From the NCBI GenBank assembly GCA_963727895.1, contig CAVSHT010000007.1:99152-163151 (forward strand): a stretch of DNA of 64,000 bases. Direction: 5' to 3'. The stretch's first letter is position 1, and each line of letters opens with the position of its first letter. Made by a program: the position numbers and the translations under genes. Shown one piece after another: positions 35,873 through 47,049 of this stretch. The notes beneath the pieces were generated by a model. The model saw nothing but the letters and a program-made list of their open reading frames with translations, searched no databases and was not told the DNA's origin. Source of the DNA: an uncultured Methanosarcinaceae archaeon. Lineage in GTDB: Archaea; Halobacteriota; Methanosarcinia; Methanosarcinales; Methanosarcinaceae.

Positions 35873-37332
35873 ATGATAGAAAACAATTCAAAAGCAGTTA
35901 GGGATCTTATACCTGAAATTATCAAACTTTCAGGCAGGAAGTGCATGATCAGTAAGCTTTCAGACTCTGATTTTCTTCCTGAACTTGAAAAAAAGCTCGA
36001 AGAATAACTTAAGGAGTATCTTGACAGCAAGGAACTTGAGGAGCTTGCAGACTTGCTTGAGGTAATTTACAGAATAGCAGGACTTAGAGGCTCTTTAAAA
36101 GCTGAACTTGAGGAAATAAGGGAACGGAAAAAACTGGAAAAGGGTGGATTTGAAGAAAATCTTATCCTTGTTAATTCGCTTGAAGAAAGCTTTCATGATA
36201 GGTTATATCCTGTAGACTCTACAGAGTTCAAGAATATAGTTTTCAAGCCTGAGGATGCGGCGGTAATTGAGAAACACGGGGTAATGATGAAAATCTATAC
36301 CACGAAAGCTGAATCCAGAAATGCTGCTGTACTCTATCAAGAAACGCAGAAAGGGCATGCAGAAGAATTCATGCACGAAAAAAGTGATTTTATTTATTGG
36401 CATTGGTAATCAAAAATAGGTATATATGCTTATAATATATATTTCTTCATGAACTGCCCAAAATGTAATAGTTCCAGTCACAAAAATAATGGTATAGTTG
36501 GCGGACGTCAACGGTACAAATGCTCTGATTGTGGCTATAACTATACAGTAGAGCTAAAATCAACTGCTTTTTCCGCTTCTGTAAAAAGACAGGCTTTACA
36601 ACTCTATCTTGAAGGATTGGGCTTTCGCTCAATAGGAAGAGTTTTAGGGGTAAGTCATGTTTCTGTCCAAAAATGGATAAAGAAATTTGGTCAGGAATTA
36701 GAGGCCCTAAAAAGTGAAAATGAGATATCTATTGTTGAAATGGATGAAATGCACACGTACATCGGCAACAAAAAAAAATATTGCTGGATCTGGATTGCTG
36801 TTGATAGAGTTGGGAAAAAGTTCATCAACTGCTCTTTTGGTAGCAGAGGAACGGAAACTGGAAAACTACTCTGGGCAAAATTGAAGAAAAAAGAGATTGG
36901 AGAAGTGATGACAGATCACTGGAGGGCATATGCAGAGTCTCTTCCAGAAAAGAGTCATACTCAATCAAAAGCAGAAACGTATACTGTTGAAGGATATAAC
37001 AGCATATTGAGGCATTTCCTGGCAAGGTTGAGAAGAAAGACAAAGTGTTATAAAAAAAGTCTTGAAATGCTAAAGTACTCGGTTATTCTATTGATGAAAT
37101 ACAGAAATAAAGAACTAGATATATTTAATTAACAATACATATTTATTATATTCTGGAAGGTAGTGGTGTCTGGATAGTTGAAGACAGAGTTTTTGAAGTT
37201 CAAGCTGGAGATGTGGTCATTGTGCCTGCAGGAAAAAGATTCTGGTTTAGAGGAAATCTCAAACAGGTCTGCATAACTGCTCCTTCCTGGGAAGAACAAT
37301 ATGAACATCACATAAGAGACATCAAGCTGTAA
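35873..37332 (+). pseudogene. MazG/HisE-like NTP pyrophosphohydrolase fused to a cupin; one nonsense codon and an IS1 insertion
   Basis: KAVRDLIPEII..KLEE*L..EELADLLEV..KGGF; cupin HEKSDFIY|YILEGSG..AGDVVIVPAG is in frame once the IS is removed. Confidence 0.8.
36399..37139 (+). mobile_element. IS1-family element, copy 3; single fused 227-aa transposase ORF (36449..37132); 8-bp TSD TATTTATT
   Basis: Terminal IRs; TSD at 36391-36398 and 37140-37147; intact ORF. Confidence 0.95.
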
Positions 37333-37375
37333 CCACATAACTTGATTTGCAATCTTATTCTACATCTATTTGTTT

Positions 37376-38003
37376 TCATCCAAGTTCAAAGCTTGTGACG
37401 CCGTAAACATTTTCAAGTTTTATTTCTGGTTCTTGCTGGTTATACATACGGATAGTTTTAAACATTACAGTCATATTATATTTTTTTGCAATTTCCATTG
37501 CTTTTTTATTTGGTTCAGGAATATCCAGATATACGATCTCATCTGGTACAGAAGCTTTGAGAGCCAGAAAGAGGTTTTCTGCTGTTATCCGGTCATTTGC
37601 GAAAAGAAGACCTATTTTAATATCCTATCTGACATTTTCTTATAACTCCATATCCTTTCAGCTTTCCTGCTTCAATGGCTGCAAAAGAATGGGAATCAGG
37701 TTGTTTAATCCATTTTTCCAGAAAGGCAGATCTTGGAGCAGGAAACATTTCTCTATCGTACTCCACTAAGTTTTCAAAAGAGACATCTGTTATTTTAACA
37801 AGTCCTTCTGGAACTTTTCCTCCTCCTTTTCCTTCAATTTCTGCAATAAAAAAACCATCGGGGTATGTTTCATAAAATATTTCCCCATCATGAATGCCAG
37901 GATTCCATCCTTCTTCAGCTGTCATTCCAATTACGAATTCAACATCTTTTCCTGTCATTTTCCAAATGTTCAGCCCTTTAATCTCCTTATCGCTTTTTCT
38001 CAT
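37376..38003 (-). pseudogene. GNAT acetyltransferase (YitH-like) with an internal deletion and a frameshift
   Basis: AEEGWNPG, YDR.MFPAPR..FL, GYGVIR; C-terminus VYGVTSFELG is in a shifted frame. Confidence 0.75.
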
Positions 38004-38264
38004 GTATTATTGTACTTTTACTTCCTATTTATTTTTTGAGTTTTCTCTATTTTCAGTAACATTTTCTTCTCAATAACAGTTATTAGAAAATGATCCATAA
38101 TTGTGGTTATTCTGTTCGATATTCCAATAAATATAGCGCAATACGCAGATAAACAGGTTTCGAGGATCTCTATTTGTTTAACGTCACATCTCCAGAAATA
38201 TGGAAGTTTTGCCATCTCTTATTGTCTTTTCTTTAAATTAGAGATTCACTTTTTGTTGGTTCAA

Positions 38265-38903
38265 TTAAAGCTTTTCAAGCTTTACTTTGTTCTTTGTCTG
38301 ATCTTTCACTTTTTTAATGAATTCATCTTCAAGATCTTTTCTCACAAAGATGGTGAACTCCACTGTATCCGAGTATGTTTCTTTCTGGATTGTTCCATAT
38401 TTTTCTATTATATTTTTTACTTTCTGGCTTTCCGCATATCCCAGGCGTAGTTTTAATCTTACCTGCTCGAATACTTCGATAACTTCAGCTTCTTCAACAG
38501 CAGAAAGCGCCGTATCCCGATATGCTCTCGACAGTCCTCCAAAACCCAGTTTTATTCCCCCAAAATATCGGGTTACGACCACAACAGCATTTAGGATTTC
38601 TTTTGATTCTAGTATTTTAAAAACAGGTTTTCCTGAACTCCCAGCAGGCTCTCCATCATCGTCGTATTTGAGAACAAAAGAATTTTTTTCTTTTATATAA
38701 TAAGCTGAAACATTATGATTTGCGTCTTTGTGTAGTTCTTTTATCTTTTTTATGAAAGCTTTTGCTTCCTCTTCATGGTCTGCAGGTCTGGCGTAACCTA
38801 TGAACAGAGAATGTTTGAATTCTTTTTGAACTTTACCGCAGCAGTTAAGAGTATTGTAACTTTTCAGTATTTTATCCTCTCTAAATTTGATATATTTTTC
38901 CAA
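38265..38903 (-). CDS. YigZ/IMPACT family protein
   Basis: ANHNVSAY, DDDGEPAGSSG, RYFGGIKLG.GGL.RAY. Confidence 0.92.
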   Translation of the reverse strand: MEKYIKFREDKILKSYNTLNCCGKVQKEFKHSLFIGYARPADHEEEAKAFIKKIKELHKDANHNVSAYYIKEKNSFVLKYDDDGEPAGSSGKPVFKILESKEILNAVVVVTRYFGGIKLGFGGLSRAYRDTALSAVEEAEVIEVFEQVRLKLRLGYAESQKVKNIIEKYGTIQKETYSDTVEFTIFVRKDLEDEFIKKVKDQTKNKVKLEKL

Positions 38904-39264
38904 AAAGAGTGTTTAAAGGTTTTTAATTTTTCAACAGAGAAATCTTAATCCATATTTATATATTTTTCTTTTGCCAGACTGTTGTTCTTTTTAGTTCTTT
39001 GTTCATCGATTTGCATTCTCCAATTTATTTCAAATAATACCTGAAATATTTATTACTAACACTTTTATATGTCATATATTATTCTAAATAGTCCACTCCA
39101 CATACTTATTTTCACAATAGCATACTATTTCGTTCTATCATTTTTTTACCAAATCGAAAAGTTTTAATCTTATTGGTTGGTCATGGATAAATATCTCATA
39201 TGAAAACCCATAATTTTATATGAGCTGGGTGTAATAAAGGAAGAGAACTTTAGAGGTATTATTA

Positions 39265-39657
39265 ATGAAAAAAATGTTAAAGATTATGGCAATGCTCCTT
39301 GTTATTGGTGCTGTTGTCTTTGCAGCTGGTTGTGCCAGCAAGAATAGCGGCAGTGATACAAATCAGGAAGCTGCTCAAGAAGTGACGAATCAAGGCGCAG
39401 TAGCAAATAATGGAACTGGTAATAATACAGTTGCAGCTAACGTTTCAGCAGACAACTCCACTGACAATGTTTCAGTAGATAACTCCACTGACAATGTTTC
39501 AGTAGACAACTCCACTGACAATGTTTCAGTAGACAACTCCACTGACAATGTTTCAGTAGACAACTCCACTGACAATGTTTCAGTAGACAACTCTACAACT
39601 AACGTTACTGTAGTTGATGATAACTCTACAAATGAAACTAACAATACAACAGTTTAA
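39265..39657 (+). CDS. Lipoprotein with 9-aa (DNSTDNVSV) tandem repeats
   Basis: Lipobox FAAGC; 27-bp repeats at about 39440-39600. Confidence 0.85.
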   Translation: MKKMLKIMAMLLVIGAVVFAAGCASKNSGSDTNQEAAQEVTNQGAVANNGTGNNTVAANVSADNSTDNVSVDNSTDNVSVDNSTDNVSVDNSTDNVSVDNSTDNVSVDNSTTNVTVVDDNSTNETNNTTV

Positions 39658-39658
39658 T

Positions 39659-40216
39659 TTCTCAATATAAAAAAGAATTCTTCAAGTAGCCTTTTTAAAG
39701 GGCTACAATTTTAGTTTTTTAACTCTACTCCATAAAGCGTAGCTCTAGTTTTATAATCAGATCTCATAAATTTTTCTGAATATTCTTTATAATCTATTCG
39801 GTTTTTATTACTGTTCTCAGTGAGAATATTTATCTATTTTAATAATTATATTCCCAAAAATGATATTCATCTTTAGTTCCCTATATCCCTATATAATAGT
39901 ATTATGTTTTCATAGTTTTTATAATAGTTTTCTCTTATTCTCAATATAAAAAAGAATTCTTCAAGTAGCCTTTTTAAAGGGCTACAATTTTAGTTTTTTA
40001 ACTCTACTCCATAAAGCGTAGCTCTAGTTTTATAATCAGATCTCATAAATTTTTCTGAATATTCTTTATAATCTATTCGGTTTTTATTACTGTTCTCAGT
40101 GAGAATATTTATCTATTTTAATAATTATATTCCCAAAAATGATATTCATCTTTAGTTCCCTATATCCCTATATAATAGTATTATGTTTTCATAGTTTTTA
40201 TAATAGTTTTCTCTTA
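39659..40216. repeat. Exact 279-bp tandem duplication (39659-39937 / 39938-40216)
   Basis: Direct comparison; each copy includes the hairpin GTAGCCTTTTTAAAGGGCTAC. Confidence 0.93.
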
Positions 40217-40245
40217 ATTCCTGCTATTGTTATTGAGGCTAAAAA

Positions 40246-41140
40246 ATGATAGAAACCCCCAAAGCCTACCTTAACCTTTTACGAGTCCATTTTCTTCCGG
40301 CCTGGCCTCTAACTTTCTGTTCCGGGCTGGTGCTCGCTTTTGCAAATTACGGCGGGTTTTCCTTGTTGTTAACTATTAAAGCTGCTCTCATAGGCCTGTT
40401 TGGTTTTGAAGCAGGTTTTGTACTTAATGACTACGTGGATAGAAACAGGGACAAGCTTGATGTTGAGTTCATGCTTACCAGATACTGGAGACCCTTTAAA
40501 AGCCGTCCCATTCCTTCTGGGCAGATTTCTTCAAAATCTGTATTATTACTATTCATCCTGCTTGCAGGAATTACCTCTGCCCTTATTTTCACGCTTCCCT
40601 CTCCAAATTCTTTCTATGTCTTTGCAATAATGCTATACTCATATGGCATAGAAGTCTTTTATCAGGTGAAAAAAAGAGACCAAAAGTACTCCAATTGCCC
40701 AACTTCTAGGAAGGACAGATTTTACACTGTTTCCGGCGGCAGGTTATCTCTGCCACGGGCAACCTGACATGACAATGTTTTTCTATATTGTTTTCTTTTA
40801 TCCCTGGACAATGGCTCACCTGGGGTTGAACGACTTTATAGACCTGAAAAATGATCTGGCAAGAGGAATGAAATCAATAACTGTGCTTTATGGTGAAAAA
40901 GGAACAATGTACTGGATTACAGGTTTTACGGTTTTGCATTTCCTTACAGCTACTTTCTTTCTCAGAAAGCTTGAAACTATCTCCCTTTGCGGATTTCTAG
41001 TTGGATTTCTACTTCTTGCAGGTTCAAACATCTATCTCTGGAAAGAAAAAAGTCCTGCAGCTGGCTTGAAGGTACTTCCTATTTTCCACGGAACTCTGAT
41101 TATCTATACTGTTTCGATTATTCTTGACTTTATATACTGA
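40246..41140 (+). pseudogene. UbiA-family prenyltransferase, frameshift near 40690
   Basis: NDYVDRNRD, RPIPSG, NDFIDLKND..RG.KS. Confidence 0.85.
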
Positions 41141-41201
41141 ATCTAAAAAATGTTACTGTTTAACAGATTTTCAGATTATTCTTTTTTCCTTACATGGATA
41201 C

Positions 41202-42203
41202 TCAATTTTTCCTTCTGCAGAGCCTCAATGTATGGCAGCGCAGACTCCCTCTTCCTGAAAGCAAAGCATCAGGATGAAAAGGGATTATTTCAACACCTTC
41301 TTTTTTGAGAGTTTTGATTGTGTTTTGATCAAGGGAAGTATCATAATGAAAAATAGTTTCATTGTCGAGAGGAACAAAAGAACAGGCAAGACAACTTTGC
41401 TCGGAGTCGGATATAGGAATAATTTTCATTCCTTTTTCTTGCATAAAAGCTCTAAAATTAATTTTTTCTTTAAAATCTTTAGTAAACAGGCAAGTTTCCT
41501 TAAAAGCAGGTAGATAAGCAAGGGCGAGATCTTCTTTTATCCTGTTGAAGACCGTATCAGGATGCATGTATCTCCTGGCTTTTGGAACTCGGACATAAAT
41601 AACCTCATCAAACTCTTCCAGAATATCCGAAATAAATTTCCGAATAAAGGAATAAGTGTGTCTTTCCGTGTCGGCTACAAAGACTGTTTCTTTTGAGAGC
41701 AGGAGACAACCTTCAAAGAAACCCTTTCCCTCATCGAATTCGGTGAGAATGGGAATTCCCAGGTTATTCAGGGCTTCTTTCACAACAACTTCTTCTTTTT
41801 CCCTTGCAGGCGGACGCATTCTTGAGATAATAGCTCCTTTTCTTGAAATAACTGCAGTGTCATGCAGAAATGTTAAATTTGGCATTCTCTTTATTAGGTC
41901 TATATTTTCGTCCACATAATCTTCAAGTTCATAGACTCTAACGCCATTTGATTCCAACAATTCCTGATAACTTCTGTGTTCTCTTATATATCCGCAAATA
42001 TCCGGAACCTTGTCATAAAGCCAGTATTTACAGTTCGATTCCTTAATAAGGGAAAGTTCTTCTCCCGGTGTATGTATTAGTACGCTTTTCAGTTTCCCAA
42101 GTTCCTCGCATCCATAATCGATGCCAAGGTCTGCCTTTTTTTCTCTATTCCAGTCTTCGCTACGACAATCCATACCCTCAACCTCCCTTTTGATTATTGT
42201 CAT
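41202..42203 (-). CDS. Amidinotransferase / arginine deiminase-fold (pentein) enzyme
   Basis: LGKLKSVLIHTPG.E, PNLTFLHD, FEG, MHPDT, GRGSLRCHT. Confidence 0.85.
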   Translation of the reverse strand: MTIIKREVEGMDCRSEDWNREKKADLGIDYGCEELGKLKSVLIHTPGEELSLIKESNCKYWLYDKVPDICGYIREHRSYQELLESNGVRVYELEDYVDENIDLIKRMPNLTFLHDTAVISRKGAIISRMRPPAREKEEVVVKEALNNLGIPILTEFDEGKGFFEGCLLLSKETVFVADTERHTYSFIRKFISDILEEFDEVIYVRVPKARRYMHPDTVFNRIKEDLALAYLPAFKETCLFTKDFKEKINFRAFMQEKGMKIIPISDSEQSCLACSFVPLDNETIFHYDTSLDQNTIKTLKKEGVEIIPFHPDALLSGRGSLRCHTLRLCRRKN

Positions 42204-43230
42204 TTTTCTGTGCGTATTTTTGCAAGAATTAAAGCGTTTGTGCGGTCATCACTCAGGAAAGACTTTAATATTTCAAATCCACAAATGTCCAGGAAATTTA
42301 TAAGCTGGTCATATGTATACTTGTAAGTAAAACCCATATGTATGACATCTCCTTCCCTGAATTCTATAGTTTCTGTCCCTATCTTGAGTTCAGTATTCCT
42401 CAGGATATACAGGCTCTTTTTGGTTTTGTATACTGTTCCTATTCTTGAGTTTATATGTGCAAGCAAAAGCTCAAAATCGAAATCTTCAGGGAACATCCCA
42501 TACTGAAGGAGAGGATACATATTGAAGAGGGCATTTTCTCTTGATGCATATGTACCGAGTACAGACCTCTTTGCAGATTGCGCCTCTTTGCTGTCTTCAG
42601 GGAGATGTCGGCATCGAAGAAAAACAGATCTCCCTGCTCAAGATTTTCACGGACAAGTTGAAGAATAAATTCTGGTTCATAGTTGCAAAAAGTATTTCCT
42701 AAAATGCAAAAAAGAATCGGGAGACGCCAACTTTTTTTAAGAATTGCCATATCTTCCAGAAAGCCAACTATTCCTTTCTTTTCAACAGGTAAGTTATTGA
42801 CTTTTTTAAGGGCGATGTCTACAAACTCGCTGTTTATATCTATAGGATAATAGCGCATTGCTACTTTTCTGGAGATTGGGTTTTCAGCCAGATTCTTTTT
42901 TACGAGCGCTTCGAGAAATATTCTTTCCTTATCTCCATTTCCCACTCCCATACTTACAAGACTCATGCCTGTCGGAATGAATCTCACGATTGAGTCAAGA
43001 TTTCTGTCAAGAAGGATTTTAAGTTTTCTTGCTACCGGAAACTCCTCAATCCCATCAAGTTTCAGCCAATTTTTTGCTCCGCCTATGCCCGTATATAGAA
43101 GATAATCAGGCAGTTCATGTTTTTTCAAACATTCATAGAGTTTTCTTTCGATGTCCTTCTGACTGATGATTACTATCTTTTCTTTATTTTCCGAAACCTG
43201 TCCAAACTCCACTCGTCCTGTACTGTTCAA
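42200..43230 (-). pseudogene. EgtD-like (Methyltransf_33) SAM methyltransferase, one frameshift near 42600
   Basis: ELPDYLLY..G, SMGVGNGDK, YYPIDIN, LGNTFCN, GDVIHMGFTYKY. Confidence 0.75.
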
Positions 43231-43323
43231 TTTCTCACTCCCCTTTCTTCGAAATATTCAACAGCACATATCTTAATTATGTTTTTTCTATTTTTTCCAG
43301 ATTTTTGCTTATCCTTTTTCCAG

Positions 43324-44490
43324 TTATTTAAAGCACTGCTGGCACTCCATTCGGAGGGCTTTTAGCGGATCAATACCATTGTTTACTCCTACGCTGTAAG
43401 CATATCCCCTACAACCTATACACTCTTCTGTATGTTCACAGTTCCTGCATTTTCCCTCCAGCATTTTATCGATGTTTCGGACGTATGTGAAAAGATCTGA
43501 ATCATAAATTTCCCTAAGGCTCATTTTATTTACATTATAGGGATATTCTCCGTCAACTCTAAGTGCAGGATGTTCGTCCAGCTTTGTAGGCGCACAGGGA
43601 CGGACATTTCCTTCGATATTGATATACAGACTATAAAGGTGCTGAAGGCAACCACTTGCAGTAATCGGTGTATAAGGTAACCAATCGTATCCGTAATATT
43701 TTCTGTCAATTTCCAGGAGTTTTAATTTGTATTCTTTTATTTCCTCAGCCGTTAGCAGTTGATCCTTAAGTTCGTCATTTGCCCTTCCAGTCGGCGTTAG
43801 AATTTCCATATTGGGAAAGATATTGTTCTGCCTGCAAAAGTGCCAGATACTTTCAATTTCTTCCAGATTCATTTTATTACTGACAAAAGAAACTCCCAGA
43901 CGAAGTTCTCCAGGTCTTTCAGGCTTTGAAAAGCCTGCTTTTTGAAGGTGTTCAAGCCCCTTTCTGATCTCTTCAGAGGCTCCTTCTCTTCCTGCCAGGT
44001 AATCCTGAATTTCAGGTTTAAAGGAATCTAATTTTCCCATTACTGAGGCATTATGGTTGTACAGGAACCCTGCAAGTTCTTTTGTCATTAAAACCGTATT
44101 TGTAAAAATCACTGGGATTATTCCCAGGGAATCGATATAGTCGATTAAATTTCTGAAATTTGGGTGTAAAGTCGGTTCTCCTCCTCCAATTACGACAACA
44201 GATTTTGTCCCGAGTTCTTTTGCTTCCAAAATTATATTCTTAAGATTCTTGATATCGACTATTTTTGCTGAATCTTCTCCACTTTGTGCATAGCAGTAGC
44301 GACAGTGAAGATTGCAGGATTTATTTGTTTCAAGACGTATAGCCAAAAGTTTGTTTAAGTTTCGGGCTTTACGTGCTTCCTCTGCTCCATACATATACCC
44401 TTTCAGTAATGGAGGCGATGAAAACAGACTCAATGCATCGCCATTTTTCGGTTTTTTCTCTAACATATTAAAAGATATATATTCTACCAT
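43324..44490 (-). CDS. Radical SAM / SPASM-domain protein
   Basis: CNLHCRYC, GGGEP, GC..LYINIEGNVRPC, KCRNCEHTEECIGCR. Confidence 0.93.
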   Translation of the reverse strand: MVEYISFNMLEKKPKNGDALSLFSSPPLLKGYMYGAEEARKARNLNKLLAIRLETNKSCNLHCRYCYAQSGEDSAKIVDIKNLKNIILEAKELGTKSVVVIGGGEPTLHPNFRNLIDYIDSLGIIPVIFTNTVLMTKELAGFLYNHNASVMGKLDSFKPEIQDYLAGREGASEEIRKGLEHLQKAGFSKPERPGELRLGVSFVSNKMNLEEIESIWHFCRQNNIFPNMEILTPTGRANDELKDQLLTAEEIKEYKLKLLEIDRKYYGYDWLPYTPITASGCLQHLYSLYINIEGNVRPCAPTKLDEHPALRVDGEYPYNVNKMSLREIYDSDLFTYVRNIDKMLEGKCRNCEHTEECIGCRGYAYSVGVNNGIDPLKALRMECQQCFK

Positions 44491-44841
44491 TTATCAAATT
44501 ACAAGAAACTAAGTGGTACTTTCGGGCGAAGATTATTGATTTTTCCAGAATCCTATATGAACACCGTAACATTTTTGCTGGAAAATTTCTTAGGCTTTCT
44601 TAATTTTTTTCCATAAAGCAAATTAGAATAGGAAGAAATAGAGAATGGAAAAAACAGAATGGAAGAAAAGAGACTGGAAGAAAAGATAAACCAAAATTTG
44701 GATTTTTCCGATTCAGGTTTTAAATTTTTAACTGGTTATTGGACTTCTCAAGATCGAAAATCGGTCATTAGTTTTCAAAACTCAGATTTTAATCTTAATG
44801 GTTTAATTTTCAATTATTTCTGAATTGGTTATTGAATAGGC

Positions 44842-45174
44842 TTACTTTTCATCTCCTGCACAACTGCAGGAAATATTACCTTTCAGGATTTCTTTCCAGT
44901 CTCCAATTACATCATGAGTCCAGCAGTCATCAGCACCTGCGGCTTCTCGCATGACCAGGGCAAAAATATATGAAAGTTCCTTGACGGTAGCCCCTACTTC
45001 GAGTGCACCTTTAAAATGTTTCAAGACGCAGGGTTTTGACCTCGCTTTGATAGAAAGGGCAAAGCAAATGAACTGATAGGTCTTTTCTTCAATCATCTTT
45101 TTTTCGGCATAAAGCTGATCAATTTCATCCAGCTTCTGGGTAAATTCAGGGAAAAATTCTTCCAGCATTCTCAT
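44842..45174 (-). CDS. Carboxymuconolactone decarboxylase (CMD/AhpD)-like protein
   Basis: FPEF, ICFALSI...CV..H..GALE.GAT..EL pattern. Confidence 0.75.
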   Translation of the reverse strand: MRMLEEFFPEFTQKLDEIDQLYAEKKMIEEKTYQFICFALSIKARSKPCVLKHFKGALEVGATVKELSYIFALVMREAAGADDCWTHDVIGDWKEILKGNISCSCAGDEK

Positions 45175-45439
45175 CTCTATGACTCCTTTTTGTCAACGTT
45201 GTTTCAGGTTGTTAATCGACCTCTACTATGATAATTTTATTACTTAACTATGAATTCAAATAATTTTAAAGTAATCCAACTTTTTGGTTAAATTGGGAAA
45301 AATGTATATTACTATTTGATAAACTTAAAAGAGAACTCATGTTATCACTCTTTTATTGTTTAATTTTTATAAAAGTTTCTATGAGAACGATAATTAAATA
45401 TGAAATCTAGACCCTAAAATCTACAAAAAATCTTTAATT

Positions 45440-47049
45440 TTATAAAGATTTGAAATTGCCATATATATAATAAGTATGGTTATTCTTAACCCAGAAAGTA
45501 ATCGAATTATCCTGTTCTATATTATAACTAAGGAATTTCTCGGATGTATTGTCGTAAATCTGTGTACTCTTTTCAGCTTCTATACTGATATTTACAAGAG
45601 CAATAGAACCATTTGTATGTGCATCAAACATGATAGAGTGGTCAGTATACTTGAGATTTTCAAAACTTGCGTCGTAAGTGTTTCGACTTATTTGACTATA
45701 ATCATAAAAAGAAACCATGGATATACTATTTGAATTATAATTGTCCACCCAGTTTTGAAACTTTGATCTACTAATGGAATATTTTATGGCTGGATCTTGA
45801 TCAAGTTCGTGAGTAAAAACAGGATGTATCATACTTGCTCTGGATGCAATTTCCCACCACTCCCACGTGTCATCATCCAGATTGCCAATGTCTTTCTCCG
45901 TATGAATTCCCGAGTCTCCATTTCTCCAGAACATTCCTAAATTTTGATATGCATAGATGGCATGTTCAATCGTATCTTTGTTTCTCATCGAGCACCAACT
46001 TGTTGGTTTTTCCCCAATCTTTATATAAACATATAAATATCCTTCATCCATTACTTTATATGCCTGTTCAAGTGGAAAACTATTCAATTCTTTAGAATAA
46101 TGAACTCCCACTTCCCATGATTCATTGATGATCAGATTACGCAGGTACTCGATATCGGTTTCGTTGCACTGCTCAAGGAGCTCTATGTCAAACCATATAG
46201 TTCCTTTGTTTCTTTTGCTATTAAGATAGCTTATTCCTTGTTCTGTTGTATTTCTAACATGAGGTCCATCAATTCCAAAAGCCAAAATTTTATTACTTCC
46301 AATTGGAGTTATGAGTTGTCTATCTACTATCTGGTTTATACTGTATATTTCAACATCGATATGAGTTCCTTTTCCCATTAAAAAAGAGGTGAACTTTAGG
46401 TATCCGTTTGAAAAATCTGTGTATGGTAAGCTCTGCTTGTCTATGTTATAAAAGGGAGTTACAATAGAGTTACCATCCTTTGTGAAAATAGTGTTTGTTT
46501 TATTGTATCCATCAAAGGTAATCTCAAAATTTGGTTTTTCTTCCGCGTTCCCAATGCATATACTTTCACATTTAATCTCTTTATAAAAATCGTTAAAATA
46601 ACTTTTTAATATAATATTGTTATTTGTTTTCTGAATAATCAATTTTGAACCTGGACTATTAAGCTCAACAAAGCTTTGAGGATCATCTGTTTTTATATCT
46701 ATCGAGATTTGATATGTACATTTAACCATTGGTATAAGACTACAAATGTAAAGTGATCCAGTTTGCCTCGGCTGTTCTTTATAGTGAATTAATGGTATAG
46801 AAACAGCTTCACATAACTTGTGAATCTCTGAATATTTCATTAAATCTATTGTATATTCATTTACTCCAAAATCTAAAATAGTGTCTGCGACTGGAAATAA
46901 TTTACAAGGAGATAAACGAGAGCATCTTGTGACTTTGTATTTTAGTGTTCTTGTAGTATCGAATGAAATCTCTGATCTTAACTTTCCGTAAATTCCAGAA
47001 TATAATTTATCATAAATCTTGCTACCATGAAGTTTTGCAATAAAAATAT
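45440..47049 (-). CDS. Extracellular protein with a possible polysaccharide deacetylase-like domain; 5' end cut by IS1
   Basis: LAFGIDG, WEVGVHYS; the frame is open upstream of 46840 to the IS end. Confidence 0.5.

Noticed and set aside
42200..43230. Ergothioneine biosynthesis (egtD/eanA)
   Set aside because: The substrate motif is divergent and there is no sulfur-insertion partner; the FGE-domain gene is a caspase fusion 24 kb away, not EgtB
44491..44841. RiPP precursor ORF upstream of the radical SAM gene
   Set aside because: No ORF with a credible RBS; only AT-rich sequence and degenerate purine-rich repeats
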